Source of the DNA: an uncultured Flavobacteriales bacterium
Lineage (GTDB): Bacteria; Bacteroidota; Bacteroidia; Flavobacteriales; TMED113
Assembly: GCA_964435285.1 (NCBI GenBank)
Contig: CAYSYA010000002.1
Coordinates: 38,900-102,899 of the forward strand
Direction: 5' to 3'
Length of the DNA: 64,000 nt
In this document: positions 16,899 to 26,256 of the stretch, one piece after another
Numbering within the stretch: the first letter of the stretch is position 1
Layout: each line of letters begins with the position of its first letter
Notes under the pieces: generated by a model
The model's database searches: none
The model's input: only the letters and a program-made list of their open reading frames with translations
Told to the model about the DNA's origin: nothing
Translations under genes and position numbers: made by a program

Positions 16899-19841
16899 AT
16901 GAGGGGGTTTTTAGTATTTTTTTTCATTTTCATTTATTCTTTTTCATTTTCATTACAAAATGATTCATTATTTAATTCCAAATTTCCTTTATCTCCTCCA
17001 TTTTTAACTAATAATGATTCATTTTGGGTAGATAGTATATTATCTAAAATGAGTATAGAAGAAAAAATTGCCCAATCTTTTTTTGTTCGAGCAAATAGTC
17101 ACTCATCTGATGAAAATGAAGAATATTTTAAAAAAGTTGATGATTTAATTATAAAAAATAAAATTGGTGGTTTAATTTTTTTTAAATCTAATCCTCACAA
17201 TGTAGTTGATTTAGTAAATAGATATCAGTCAATATCTAAAATACCTTTAATTAATTCTATTGACGGAGAATGGGGTGTTTCAATGAGAATTGATAGTACT
17301 CCTTTTTTTCCATGGGCAATGACATTGGGATCTCTTCAAGATAATAGAATAATTTATAAAATGGGAATGGAGATTGCTAATCAATGTAAATTATTGGGTA
17401 TACACATGAATTTTTCACCTGTTGTAGATGTTAATAATAATCCAGAAAATCCAATAATTGGTAGAAGATCGTTTGGTGAAGATCCTAGTTCTGTTTCTCA
17501 AAAGTCTCTTGCTTACATGAAAGGGCTTCAAAAAAATGGAATTTTAGCTTGCGCTAAACATTTTCCTGGTCATGGTGATACAAATATTGACTCACACAAT
17601 AAAATGCCCATATTGTTCCACAGTAAGTCTAGGTTAGATAGTATTGAATTATACCCATTTAATGATATGATATATAATGGCATAAGTTCAATAATGATAG
17701 GGCATATAAGTTTACCAAAAATTGACTCAACTAAGTTACCTGCTACACTATCATCATTCATGGTCAAAGAACTTTTACAAAAAAAATTAGATTTCGATGG
17801 CTTAGTAGTAACTGATGCTTTGAATATGGGTGGGGTTAAGATGGATTATAAAAAAGGTGAAGTAGAATTAAACGCATATTTAGCTGGAAATGATATATTG
17901 TTATATCCTGAAAATGTATCTGAGGGAATTGAGCTTATAAAAAAATCATATCTCAATGGATTGATATCTGAACATGATATTAACTCTAGATGTAAAAAAA
18001 TTTTATTAGCAAAAAAATGGATTGGTCTCAATGAATCTTCAAATATTTTTCCAACTAAAGACTCTTTAATAGAAAAATTAAATAATTCAAACGCTAATTT
18101 AATTAATAAAGAAATAGCAGAATCCTCCCTAGTTGTTTTAAAAAATAATAACCTAATACCATTGAATGATTTAAGTAAAAAAAAAGTAGCTTATATTCAT
18201 CTAGGTAATGATAAAGGAAAATATTTATATGAGAGTCTAGACAGATATTTTCCTACTAAATATTTTTCCTATTATAAAAATGAGAAGGAAATTTTATCAT
18301 CATTAAATGATTATGATATTGTGATATGTGGAGTTCATTTTAAAAGCTCTTCTCCTTTTAATAATCATAATTTATCAAAAAGTGAAAAACTATTTTTAAA
18401 GAAAATTTCAAAACATAAGAATTCAATTTTAACAATATTCTCAAGTCCTTATATTTTAAATACTTTACAAATTGATAATTTTAGTTCCATAATTTTATCA
18501 CATCAAAATAATTTTCATTTTCAAGATTTATCAGGTCAGCTAATTTTAGGTTCCATTGGCGCAAAAGGAAAGATGCCAATTTCCTCTGGAAAATATAAGA
18601 TTCACTCAGGATTAAATACAAAACCAAAAAAAATTATTTCTTTTGGTCTTCCAGAGGAAGTGGGTTTGTCAAGTACAAATTTGAAAAAGATAGATTCAAT
18701 ATTAAATTTTGCAATAAAAATTAAAGCTATTCCTGGAGCTCAAGTTTTAGTTGCTAGGAATGGTAAAGTAGTTTATAATGAATGTTTTGGATTTCATACG
18801 TATGATTCATTAAAACCAGTATTAAAGCATGATATATATGATCTAGCATCGCTGACTAAAATTTTAGCTGCTGCTCCAATTTTCATGAATTTGTTCGAGA
18901 GTTCTAAAATTTCTTTAAAAAATACGTTGGGAGATTTTTATAATTTTACTGATACATGTGATAAAAAAAGTATTACTTTTTTAGATATATTTACACATCA
19001 AGCCCAACTTTATCCTTGGATACCTTTTCATCAAAACTTCATGGATAAAAATAAACAATCAACAGATAGTTTTTTTAGTAAAAAGAAATCTAGTTTATAT
19101 AATTTAAAAGTTGCAAATAATTTATATTTCAAAGACAAGTATCAAGATAGTATTATTGATATTATTCTAAAAAAAAATCTTTTAAAGAAAAAGAAATATA
19201 AGTACAGCGATTTAGGATTTTATTTATTTCATGATATTTTAATAAAAGAATTTAAAATTGATATCGAAAGTTATTTAAATAGAGAATTCTACAATCCAGT
19301 TGAAGCATTCAGAATAATGTATAACCCTATAAACAAATATTCTAAAAAAAATATTATTCCTACAGAATATGATAAAACTTTTAGAGGCCAATTATTACAT
19401 GGATATGTTCATGATCCTGGAGCTGCATTATTTGGAGGAATTGGTCTCCATGCTGGTTTATTTTCAAATTCAATTGATTTGGCAAAAATTTTACAACTTT
19501 ATTTAAATAGGGGAGAATATAATAGTCAATCATTATTTAAAGTAAATACTATGGATTTATTTACTAGTGCACCTTTCAAAGAACAACAAAATAGAAGGGG
19601 TATTTTTTTTGATAAACCTAGTATTAATTCAAATAAGTTAAATGTATTTGCGGGATCTTCTAGTTTAAGTTACGGTCATACTGGTTTTACTGGAACAATG
19701 GTTTGGGTTGATCCAAAAGAAAAATTAATCTATATATTTTTATCTAACCGTGTTTATCCAAAGGCTGATAACTGGAAATTAACTCAAGAAAATATTAGAA
19801 CGAAAGTTCAACAAGTTATTTATGAATCTCTATTAAACTAA
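16899..19841 (+). CDS. Fusion protein: GH3 beta-N-acetylhexosaminidase (NagZ-like) + serine beta-lactamase/PBP-fold hydrolase
   Basis: Signal peptide. The N-terminal half carries GH3 motifs (KHFPGHGDT, VVTDALNMGG). The C-terminal ~400 aa carries S-x-x-K (DLASLTKILAA) and YGHTGFTGT (the K/H-T/S-G box) of class C/AmpH-like serine hydrolases. Confidence 0.8.
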   Translation: MRGFLVFFFIFIYSFSFSLQNDSLFNSKFPLSPPFLTNNDSFWVDSILSKMSIEEKIAQSFFVRANSHSSDENEEYFKKVDDLIIKNKIGGLIFFKSNPHNVVDLVNRYQSISKIPLINSIDGEWGVSMRIDSTPFFPWAMTLGSLQDNRIIYKMGMEIANQCKLLGIHMNFSPVVDVNNNPENPIIGRRSFGEDPSSVSQKSLAYMKGLQKNGILACAKHFPGHGDTNIDSHNKMPILFHSKSRLDSIELYPFNDMIYNGISSIMIGHISLPKIDSTKLPATLSSFMVKELLQKKLDFDGLVVTDALNMGGVKMDYKKGEVELNAYLAGNDILLYPENVSEGIELIKKSYLNGLISEHDINSRCKKILLAKKWIGLNESSNIFPTKDSLIEKLNNSNANLINKEIAESSLVVLKNNNLIPLNDLSKKKVAYIHLGNDKGKYLYESLDRYFPTKYFSYYKNEKEILSSLNDYDIVICGVHFKSSSPFNNHNLSKSEKLFLKKISKHKNSILTIFSSPYILNTLQIDNFSSIILSHQNNFHFQDLSGQLILGSIGAKGKMPISSGKYKIHSGLNTKPKKIISFGLPEEVGLSSTNLKKIDSILNFAIKIKAIPGAQVLVARNGKVVYNECFGFHTYDSLKPVLKHDIYDLASLTKILAAAPIFMNLFESSKISLKNTLGDFYNFTDTCDKKSITFLDIFTHQAQLYPWIPFHQNFMDKNKQSTDSFFSKKKSSLYNLKVANNLYFKDKYQDSIIDIILKKNLLKKKKYKYSDLGFYLFHDILIKEFKIDIESYLNREFYNPVEAFRIMYNPINKYSKKNIIPTEYDKTFRGQLLHGYVHDPGAALFGGIGLHAGLFSNSIDLAKILQLYLNRGEYNSQSLFKVNTMDLFTSAPFKEQQNRRGIFFDKPSINSNKLNVFAGSSSLSYGHTGFTGTMVWVDPKEKLIYIFLSNRVYPKADNWKLTQENIRTKVQQVIYESLLN

Positions 19842-19848
19842 TTTATAT

Positions 19849-20589
19849 ATGAAAAATTTTATTTTCTTTTTTTTACTAAGTCTTTTTATTTTTTCTCAAA
19901 AAAATATTATTGATGATAATGATTTAAAACAAGGCTACTGGGAGCTTTATTTTCCAAGAACTGATGAGGTCATTTCAGAAAAAGGTTTTTTTATTGATGA
20001 TAAAGAAGATGGGATGTGGGTTAGGTTTCACAATAATGGCAACATTAGAGAAATAGTAAATTTTAAAGATGGCCTTATTTACGGAACTAGAATTTTATTA
20101 GATAAAAAAGGCAAGCTAACACTACAAGAAAATTATAAATTAAATAATTTACATGGAAGTCAAAAATATTTTCATGATACTGGTAAATTGAAAATGGAAG
20201 TTAATTACGATAATGGTGTTTTAATTGGTCAGTTTATGAAATATTATAGAAACGGGAAAAAACAAGAATCTTGTTTTTATAAAGAGGGTCAAAAGCATGG
20301 AAAAGCTTTTTGGTTTTTTGAAAATGAATCAATAAGTATTGAATATAATTATGAAAACGGTAAAATTAATGGAATTGCTAAAACATTTTTTGAAGACGGT
20401 ACTTTGAAATCAGAGTCAAATTATTTAAATAATGAGTTAAATGGAGAAAAAAAAGAATATTATTTATCTAAAAATATAAAAACAAAAGGAATTTATAAGA
20501 ATGGTAAGAAAGAAGGCAAGTGGTATTCATATGATGAAAAAGGTGCAATTCTAGAGATTACCAAATATAAAAATGGTATAAAAAAATGA
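19849..20589 (+). CDS. Secreted MORN-repeat-variant (YwqK-like) protein
   Basis: Signal peptide followed by repeated ~23-aa units of the form G.w..y..nG.l..e.ny.nG..hG (for example NGKINGIAKTFFEDGTLKSESNYLNNELNGEKKEYY). Confidence 0.65.
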   Translation: MKNFIFFFLLSLFIFSQKNIIDDNDLKQGYWELYFPRTDEVISEKGFFIDDKEDGMWVRFHNNGNIREIVNFKDGLIYGTRILLDKKGKLTLQENYKLNNLHGSQKYFHDTGKLKMEVNYDNGVLIGQFMKYYRNGKKQESCFYKEGQKHGKAFWFFENESISIEYNYENGKINGIAKTFFEDGTLKSESNYLNNELNGEKKEYYLSKNIKTKGIYKNGKKEGKWYSYDEKGAILEITKYKNGIKK

Positions 20590-21695
20590 AGAAAATAGGT
20601 ATCGTTTGTTATCCAACATTTGGTGGAAGTGGCATTGTAGCTACTGAACTAGGGAAAGCTTTGTCTGAAAAAAATTTTTTTATTCATTTTATTTCATATG
20701 AAAGACCAGTTAGACTTGACTCTTTAAAAAAAAATTTTTCTTTTCACAAAGTTAAAATTCCATCTTATCCTCTTTTTCATTACCCACCATATGAGCTAGC
20801 CTTAACTGCAAAGATTGTTGAGGTAGTTAAGAAGAATAAACTTGATTTACTTCATGTGCATTATGCAATCCCTCATGCTTATGCAGCTGTCAATGCAAAA
20901 AAAATATTAAAATCAATTGGAATAAATATTCCAATTGTTACAACCTTACATGGGACAGACATAACTTTAGTTGGTAAAAGCCCTTTTGTTTTATCCGCTG
21001 TAAACTATGCAATTAATGAATCTGATGCTATTACAGCTGTATCTAGTTTTCTTAAAAATGAAACCCTCAGTAACTTTGATATAAAAAAAGAAATTGAAAT
21101 AATTCCAAATTTTGTTGATTTTAATTACCATAATTTAAGTGAAAATCTTTTTTTAAAATCTAAAAAAAATAAAAAAATTCTTACTCACATCTCAAATTTT
21201 AGACCTGTAAAAAGAGTGTTAGATGTAATAGAAATTTTTAGAAAAGTTAACAAAGAAATTGACTCAACTTTATATATGGTGGGAGATGGTCCTGATTTAA
21301 ATAAATGTAAAGATTTAGTCAGTAAATATAAATTAAATAAAAAAGTTAAGTTTTTTGGAAAAAGTAAAGAAATAAGTAAAATTTTATCAACTACTGATAT
21401 ATTTTTGTTGCCATCCGAGAAAGAAAGTTTCGGACTAGTTGCTTTAGAAGCAATGATGTTTGCTTGTCCAGTTATTACTACGAAAGGGAGTGGGGTAAGT
21501 GATCTTATTATTAACAATGAAAACGGATTTTCTCATTCTTTAGGTGATACTGAAAATATGAGCATTAATTGCATAAAGTTGTTAAATGATTTTAAACTTT
21601 TTTCTTCATTCAGTAGAAGCGCATACAATAGAGCTAAAGAATTTAAAGTGGAAAATATTTTACCTCTCTATGAAAAAATATACAAAAGGTTTTAA
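20586..21695 (+). CDS. bshA: GT4 glycosyltransferase, BshA-like (N-acetyl-alpha-D-glucosaminyl L-malate synthase)
   Basis: N-terminus KIGIVCYPTFGGSGIVATELGKALSEKN and HVHYAIPHAYAA resemble BshA. The C-terminal GT4 motif is LLPSEKESFGLVALEAM. The start overlaps the upstream stop (ATGA). Confidence 0.7.
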   Translation: MKKIGIVCYPTFGGSGIVATELGKALSEKNFFIHFISYERPVRLDSLKKNFSFHKVKIPSYPLFHYPPYELALTAKIVEVVKKNKLDLLHVHYAIPHAYAAVNAKKILKSIGINIPIVTTLHGTDITLVGKSPFVLSAVNYAINESDAITAVSSFLKNETLSNFDIKKEIEIIPNFVDFNYHNLSENLFLKSKKNKKILTHISNFRPVKRVLDVIEIFRKVNKEIDSTLYMVGDGPDLNKCKDLVSKYKLNKKVKFFGKSKEISKILSTTDIFLLPSEKESFGLVALEAMMFACPVITTKGSGVSDLIINNENGFSHSLGDTENMSINCIKLLNDFKLFSSFSRSAYNRAKEFKVENILPLYEKIYKRF

Positions 21696-21697
21696 AA

Positions 21698-22651
21698 TTA
21701 CTTCTTTAAGCCAAGTTCTTTAATCCTTTGTTCTAGAAAATCACCTGCGTTTATATCACTATAACTTTTTGGATTTTCATTAGTTATACAATTTTCCAGA
21801 CAATTTAATGACATTTCTGATCTTGGGTGCATAAAAAAAGGAATAGAAAATCTAGAGGTTCCCCATAATTCTTTTGGGGGATTGATAACTCGATGGATAG
21901 AAGAACAAAGTTTATTATTTGTTAGTCTAGCCAACATGTCTCCTATATTTACGACAATTTGCTCAGGAAGAGCGGTAACTGAAATCCATTCATTTTTTTT
22001 ATTAAGGATTTGGAGCCCGCTGTTGCTAGCCCCCATAAGAAGAGTTATCAGATTTATATCACCGTGAGCTGCAGCTCTAACAGATCCTTCTGGTTTTTTT
22101 GTAATAGGCGGATAATGAATTGCTCTTAAAATACTATTTCCATTATGAACTTTTCCATCAAAATAATTTTCTTCAAGATTTAAATGCAGGGCAATAGCTT
22201 TTAAAATTATTTTTCCTGTTTCTTCTAATTGTTTATAAACTTTTCTTCCAATCATATTGAAATCAGGTAACTCATCACATTTTATATTTTTTTCATATTC
22301 TTTAGATATTGGGTCACCATCTGTAACTTCTTGCCCAAAATGCCAAAATTCTTTTAAATCATGTTTTTTAAAGCCTTTTGCCGTTTCTCTACCAAAAGAT
22401 ATATACCCCCTTTGTCCATTAAGTTCAGCTCTTTCATATTTTTTTTTAATACTTACATCAAGGTCAAAAAATAATTTTACTTGTTTGTATAATTCGGTAG
22501 TTATTTCATCTGTTAATCCATGATTTTTTATTGCTATAAAGCCATATTCCTCAAAACCTTTTCCAAGAGTTTTATAGAAATTTTCTCTTTTATTTTCGTC
22601 ACCTTTTAAAAAATCATTAAGGTCTAATGAAGGTATTGTTTCTTTTTTCAT
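21698..22651 (-). CDS. 2-oxoglutarate/Fe(II)-dependent oxygenase (isopenicillin N synthase family)
   Basis: His-x-Asp...His facial triad contexts AAHGDINLITLL and SSIHRV. The overall 317-aa layout fits IPNS-like oxygenases. Confidence 0.75.
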   Translation of the reverse strand: MKKETIPSLDLNDFLKGDENKRENFYKTLGKGFEEYGFIAIKNHGLTDEITTELYKQVKLFFDLDVSIKKKYERAELNGQRGYISFGRETAKGFKKHDLKEFWHFGQEVTDGDPISKEYEKNIKCDELPDFNMIGRKVYKQLEETGKIILKAIALHLNLEENYFDGKVHNGNSILRAIHYPPITKKPEGSVRAAAHGDINLITLLMGASNSGLQILNKKNEWISVTALPEQIVVNIGDMLARLTNNKLCSSIHRVINPPKELWGTSRFSIPFFMHPRSEMSLNCLENCITNENPKSYSDINAGDFLEQRIKELGLKK

Positions 22652-23517
22652 ATTATAAAGTTAATACTTTTTGGTATTATGTTAACTTCAACTAATTTTT
22701 TTACTATTTGACTTTCTCCATCAATATGAATCAAGTTTTTAGAATTCCCCTCAATTAATATTTTTTTTACCTTAAATGATTCATAAAATTTTGATTTATG
22801 AACTTGTTTAAAAATAAACTGAAATAGTATATAAATTAATTGATACCATTTAAAGGCTTTAATGATACCGATTCTCAAATACCCATCATCTACTTTTGAT
22901 TTTGGAGAAATTAGAAAATTATTTCCGAACTGTTGACCATTACAAACATTAAGTGAAAAAACTTTAACTTTTTTTATTTTGTTTTTGAATCTAACTGTAA
23001 ATTCTTTTGGTTTATAACTTAGTAGAAGTTTGCATGTCAAATAGACATATTTAACTAATCCTCTTGATTGTTCTTTAGAAAATTCTTTAGCTACAGAAGC
23101 ATCAAAACCAAATCCAATAAGATTTACCGAATGAAGCTTATTAACAGAAATACAATCTATCTTTTTAATTTTATATGAATTAATTTTTTCAATTGATTTT
23201 TTAATGTTAGTCGGTATTCCTAAACAAAGAGCTAATCCATTACCTGATCCAACTGGAATAACTCCCATCTTAACATTTGAATTAACTAATTCACTACTAA
23301 CTTCATTAACCGTTCCGTCTCCCCCAACAGCAATTATGATGTTCGCTCCACAAGAGATTGCTTTTTTGGTTAAATTTTTTACGTCTCCTTTTTCTTTAGA
23401 GTATTCAATATTAAATTTAAACTTTTTCTTATTTATGTACTTTAATATACTTTCTTCAACGATTCTAAATCTTTTGTAACCTGCAGTGGGGTTAATAATG
23501 AAAGTTATTTTTTCCAT
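22648..23517 (-). CDS. Diacylglycerol-kinase-fold lipid kinase (YegS/BmrU family)
   Basis: DAGK catalytic motifs IIAVGGDGTVNEV and IPVGSGNGLA. Its stop overlaps the start of the downstream oxygenase gene by 4 nt. Confidence 0.8.
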   Translation of the reverse strand: MEKITFIINPTAGYKRFRIVEESILKYINKKKFKFNIEYSKEKGDVKNLTKKAISCGANIIIAVGGDGTVNEVSSELVNSNVKMGVIPVGSGNGLALCLGIPTNIKKSIEKINSYKIKKIDCISVNKLHSVNLIGFGFDASVAKEFSKEQSRGLVKYVYLTCKLLLSYKPKEFTVRFKNKIKKVKVFSLNVCNGQQFGNNFLISPKSKVDDGYLRIGIIKAFKWYQLIYILFQFIFKQVHKSKFYESFKVKKILIEGNSKNLIHIDGESQIVKKLVEVNIIPKSINFII

Positions 23518-23568
23518 AAATGTTCAAGATTAACAATCTATTAGTAGCAAAAGTAGTTATTAATTGTA

Positions 23569-23576
23569 TATTTTTG
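23569..23576 (+). promoter_or_regulatory. Candidate -7 promoter element TAnnTTTG (TATTTTTG) upstream of the E1 gene
   Basis: Exact consensus match, 20 nt upstream of the ATG at 23596. Confidence 0.35.
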
Positions 23577-23595
23577 AATTCATATTAATTGCTGT

Positions 23596-25569
23596 ATGAA
23601 ATTTGATTTAACAAAATTAGAAAATAAAGTAATCTTTGACTTGTACGAAAAGATGCTGAAATCAAGGATGATTGAAGAAAAGATGTTGATTTTACTAAGA
23701 CAAGGTAAAATATCAAAATGGTTTTCAGGAATTGGTCAGGAAGGTATTTCTTCAGGTGTTGTAACAGCATTAGATCAAGATGAATATATACTTCCCATGC
23801 ACAGAAATTTAGGGATTTTTACAGGTAGAAATATTCCCTTAGAAAGATTATTTTCTCAATTTCAAGGAAAAGCAAACGGATTCACAAATGGGAGAGATAG
23901 GTCCTTTCATTTTGGAACTAATGAATTTAGTATAGTTGGTATGATTTCTCATTTAGGTCCTCAATTAGCCTTAGCTGATGGTATTGCTTTAGCTAACAAA
24001 TTAGAAAAAAATAAAAAGGTTTGTGTAGTATTTACTGGGGAGGGAGGGACAAGTGAGGGTGATTTTCATGAAGCTTTAAATGTTGCTTCAGTTTGGTCTT
24101 TACCCGTTATTTTTTTGATTGAAAATAATGGTTATGGTCTTTCAACTCCAACATCAGAGCAATACAACTGTAAAAAGTTATCTGATAGAGGATTAGGATA
24201 TGGTATAGAGTCTAAAACAATTGAGGGTAATAATGTTGTGGAGGTTTACAAAACTATTAAGGAAATTTCTAAAAGAATTAAAGACAAACCTAGACCTTTC
24301 CTTTTAGAATGTAATACTTTTAGAATGAGAGGTCATGAAGAGGCCTCAGGTACTAAATATGTTCCTAATGAATTGTTTAAAAAGTGGTCGAAAAAAGATC
24401 CTGTAGTTAATTTTGAAAAATTTTTAATTAATCAAAAATTATTTACTGAAGAAAAAATTGAAAATACAAAAGCATCAATAAAAAAGGAAATTAATATTGC
24501 AATTGAAAAAGCTTTTAATGAAAGTCAAATTGAATGTGATTTAGATTTTGAAAAATCATCCGTTTTTAGACATCATAATTTTAACCAAATCCAACCTACT
24601 GATAAAAAAAATAATATTCGTTTTGTTGATTCCATTTCTCAAGGACTAAAACAATCACTTGAAAAATTTGATAATTTAATATTTATGGGACAAGACATTG
24701 CGGAGTATGGCGGGGTTTTTAAAATATCTGAAGGATTTGTTGATTTATTTGGAAAAGATAGAATAAGAAATACTCCGATTTGTGAATCAGCAATAGTCAG
24801 TTTGGCTTTGGGTTTATCTGTCAAAGGATATAAGTCTGTTGTTGAAATGCAATTTGCCGATTTTGTTTCAAGTGGTTTTAATCCAATTGTCAATAATTTA
24901 GCAAAAATTCACTACAGATGGGGGCAATGCGCTGATGTAGTTGTTAGAATGCCCTGTGGAGCAGGAGTTGGTGCTGGTCCTTTTCACTCTCAAACAAATG
25001 AGGCGTGGTTTACTCACACTCCTGGTCTTAAAGTTGTTTATCCTGCTTTTCCATATGATGCTAAAGGATTATTAATATCTTCTATTGAAGACCCTAACCC
25101 TGTTATGTTTTTTGAACATAAAGCGCTTTACAGAACTTCTACTCAGGATGTTCCAGAGGATTATTACAACATCCCTCTTGGTAAAGCTAATTTTATTAAA
25201 AGAGGGAATAATTTAAGTATTATTACATTTGGAATGGGTGTTCACTGGGCTTTAGATTATTTAAGTCAAAATGATGTTTCTGTTGATTTGTTAGATTTAA
25301 GAACTTTAGTACCTTTAGATTTAGAATCAATTGAGGAAACAGTCATTAAGACAGGTAAAGTTTTAATTCTTCAAGAAGATAATAATAGGGGAGGTTTTGG
25401 TTCTGACATATCTTCATATATTTCTGAGAATTTATTTGAATATTTAGATGCACCTATTGTTAAAGTTTCTAGTTTAGATACTCCAATACCTTTTACTGAC
25501 TCATTAGAAAAAAATTATTTAGCAAAATCAAGGCTTTCTGAGGCATTTAAGAAGTTATCTGACTATTAG
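23596..25569 (+). CDS. 2-oxoacid (branched-chain type) dehydrogenase E1 component, fused alpha+beta subunits
   Basis: The N-terminal half is E1-alpha with the TPP motif (FTGEGGTSEGDFHEALNVA...ENNGYG). The C-terminal half is E1-beta (FMGQDIAEYGGVFK, FFEHKALY). Both lie in one 657-aa reading frame. Confidence 0.88.
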   Translation: MKFDLTKLENKVIFDLYEKMLKSRMIEEKMLILLRQGKISKWFSGIGQEGISSGVVTALDQDEYILPMHRNLGIFTGRNIPLERLFSQFQGKANGFTNGRDRSFHFGTNEFSIVGMISHLGPQLALADGIALANKLEKNKKVCVVFTGEGGTSEGDFHEALNVASVWSLPVIFLIENNGYGLSTPTSEQYNCKKLSDRGLGYGIESKTIEGNNVVEVYKTIKEISKRIKDKPRPFLLECNTFRMRGHEEASGTKYVPNELFKKWSKKDPVVNFEKFLINQKLFTEEKIENTKASIKKEINIAIEKAFNESQIECDLDFEKSSVFRHHNFNQIQPTDKKNNIRFVDSISQGLKQSLEKFDNLIFMGQDIAEYGGVFKISEGFVDLFGKDRIRNTPICESAIVSLALGLSVKGYKSVVEMQFADFVSSGFNPIVNNLAKIHYRWGQCADVVVRMPCGAGVGAGPFHSQTNEAWFTHTPGLKVVYPAFPYDAKGLLISSIEDPNPVMFFEHKALYRTSTQDVPEDYYNIPLGKANFIKRGNNLSIITFGMGVHWALDYLSQNDVSVDLLDLRTLVPLDLESIEETVIKTGKVLILQEDNNRGGFGSDISSYISENLFEYLDAPIVKVSSLDTPIPFTDSLEKNYLAKSRLSEAFKKLSDY

Positions 25570-26209
25570 ATCTTTTATTTCCTTTATACATCATTAATAA
25601 GTTCCAAAATGAAATTAATTGAATGTATAATATTTCTGAAACCCCTCCTTTAGGAAAAGGAATTAGGAATAGTGTTGATAATAACATAAGACTACCTATG
25701 CAAACTGAAAAAAAACCATTTCTAACTTGAGAAAAACTTCTAAATAGTCCAAAGCAAAAAACAAAGAAGTTATAAGATAGAAAAAATAAAATAGCAGGCA
25801 ACTTATGCCATAATCCTTCGTTCATTGGGATTAGAGCAACCATAATTAAACATATAAAAGAAAATAATACAACACTCTTTAAAATAATTTTTTGTTTGAA
25901 ATCTTTAAAAAATTGATTAATTCTAGTGACTCCTCCCCAAAACAAAGCTATTGCAACAATAATTAATAAAGTTGTCCAGACTAAAGATGTTTTATCAATA
26001 ATTCCAAAGTATGATAAAGGTTTTTCTCTTGGGTCAAAAAAATCAGCATTATTGATTAATCCATCTCCATTCCAATCTACAAATGATATATATATTACTA
26101 GGGGCGATAGAATTCCAATTAATATTGAAAAACTAATATATAGTTTTCTAATTTTTTTGACTTTTTTAGACATACTTAACTCAGTATTATATATAATTTG
26201 ATAAATCAT
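25547..26209 (-). CDS. Hypothetical polytopic membrane protein
   Basis: About 6 hydrophobic segments and no motif I recognise. The start is uncertain; MSKKVKK at 26173 is an alternative. Its 3' end overlaps the convergent E1 gene by 23 nt. Confidence 0.55.
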   Translation of the reverse strand: MIYQIIYNTELSMSKKVKKIRKLYISFSILIGILSPLVIYISFVDWNGDGLINNADFFDPREKPLSYFGIIDKTSLVWTTLLIIVAIALFWGGVTRINQFFKDFKQKIILKSVVLFSFICLIMVALIPMNEGLWHKLPAILFFLSYNFFVFCFGLFRSFSQVRNGFFSVCIGSLMLLSTLFLIPFPKGGVSEILYIQLISFWNLLMMYKGNKRSNSQITS

Positions 26210-26256
26210 ACTTATATTTAATACAATAACTATACCATAATTTAAATTTTTACATA

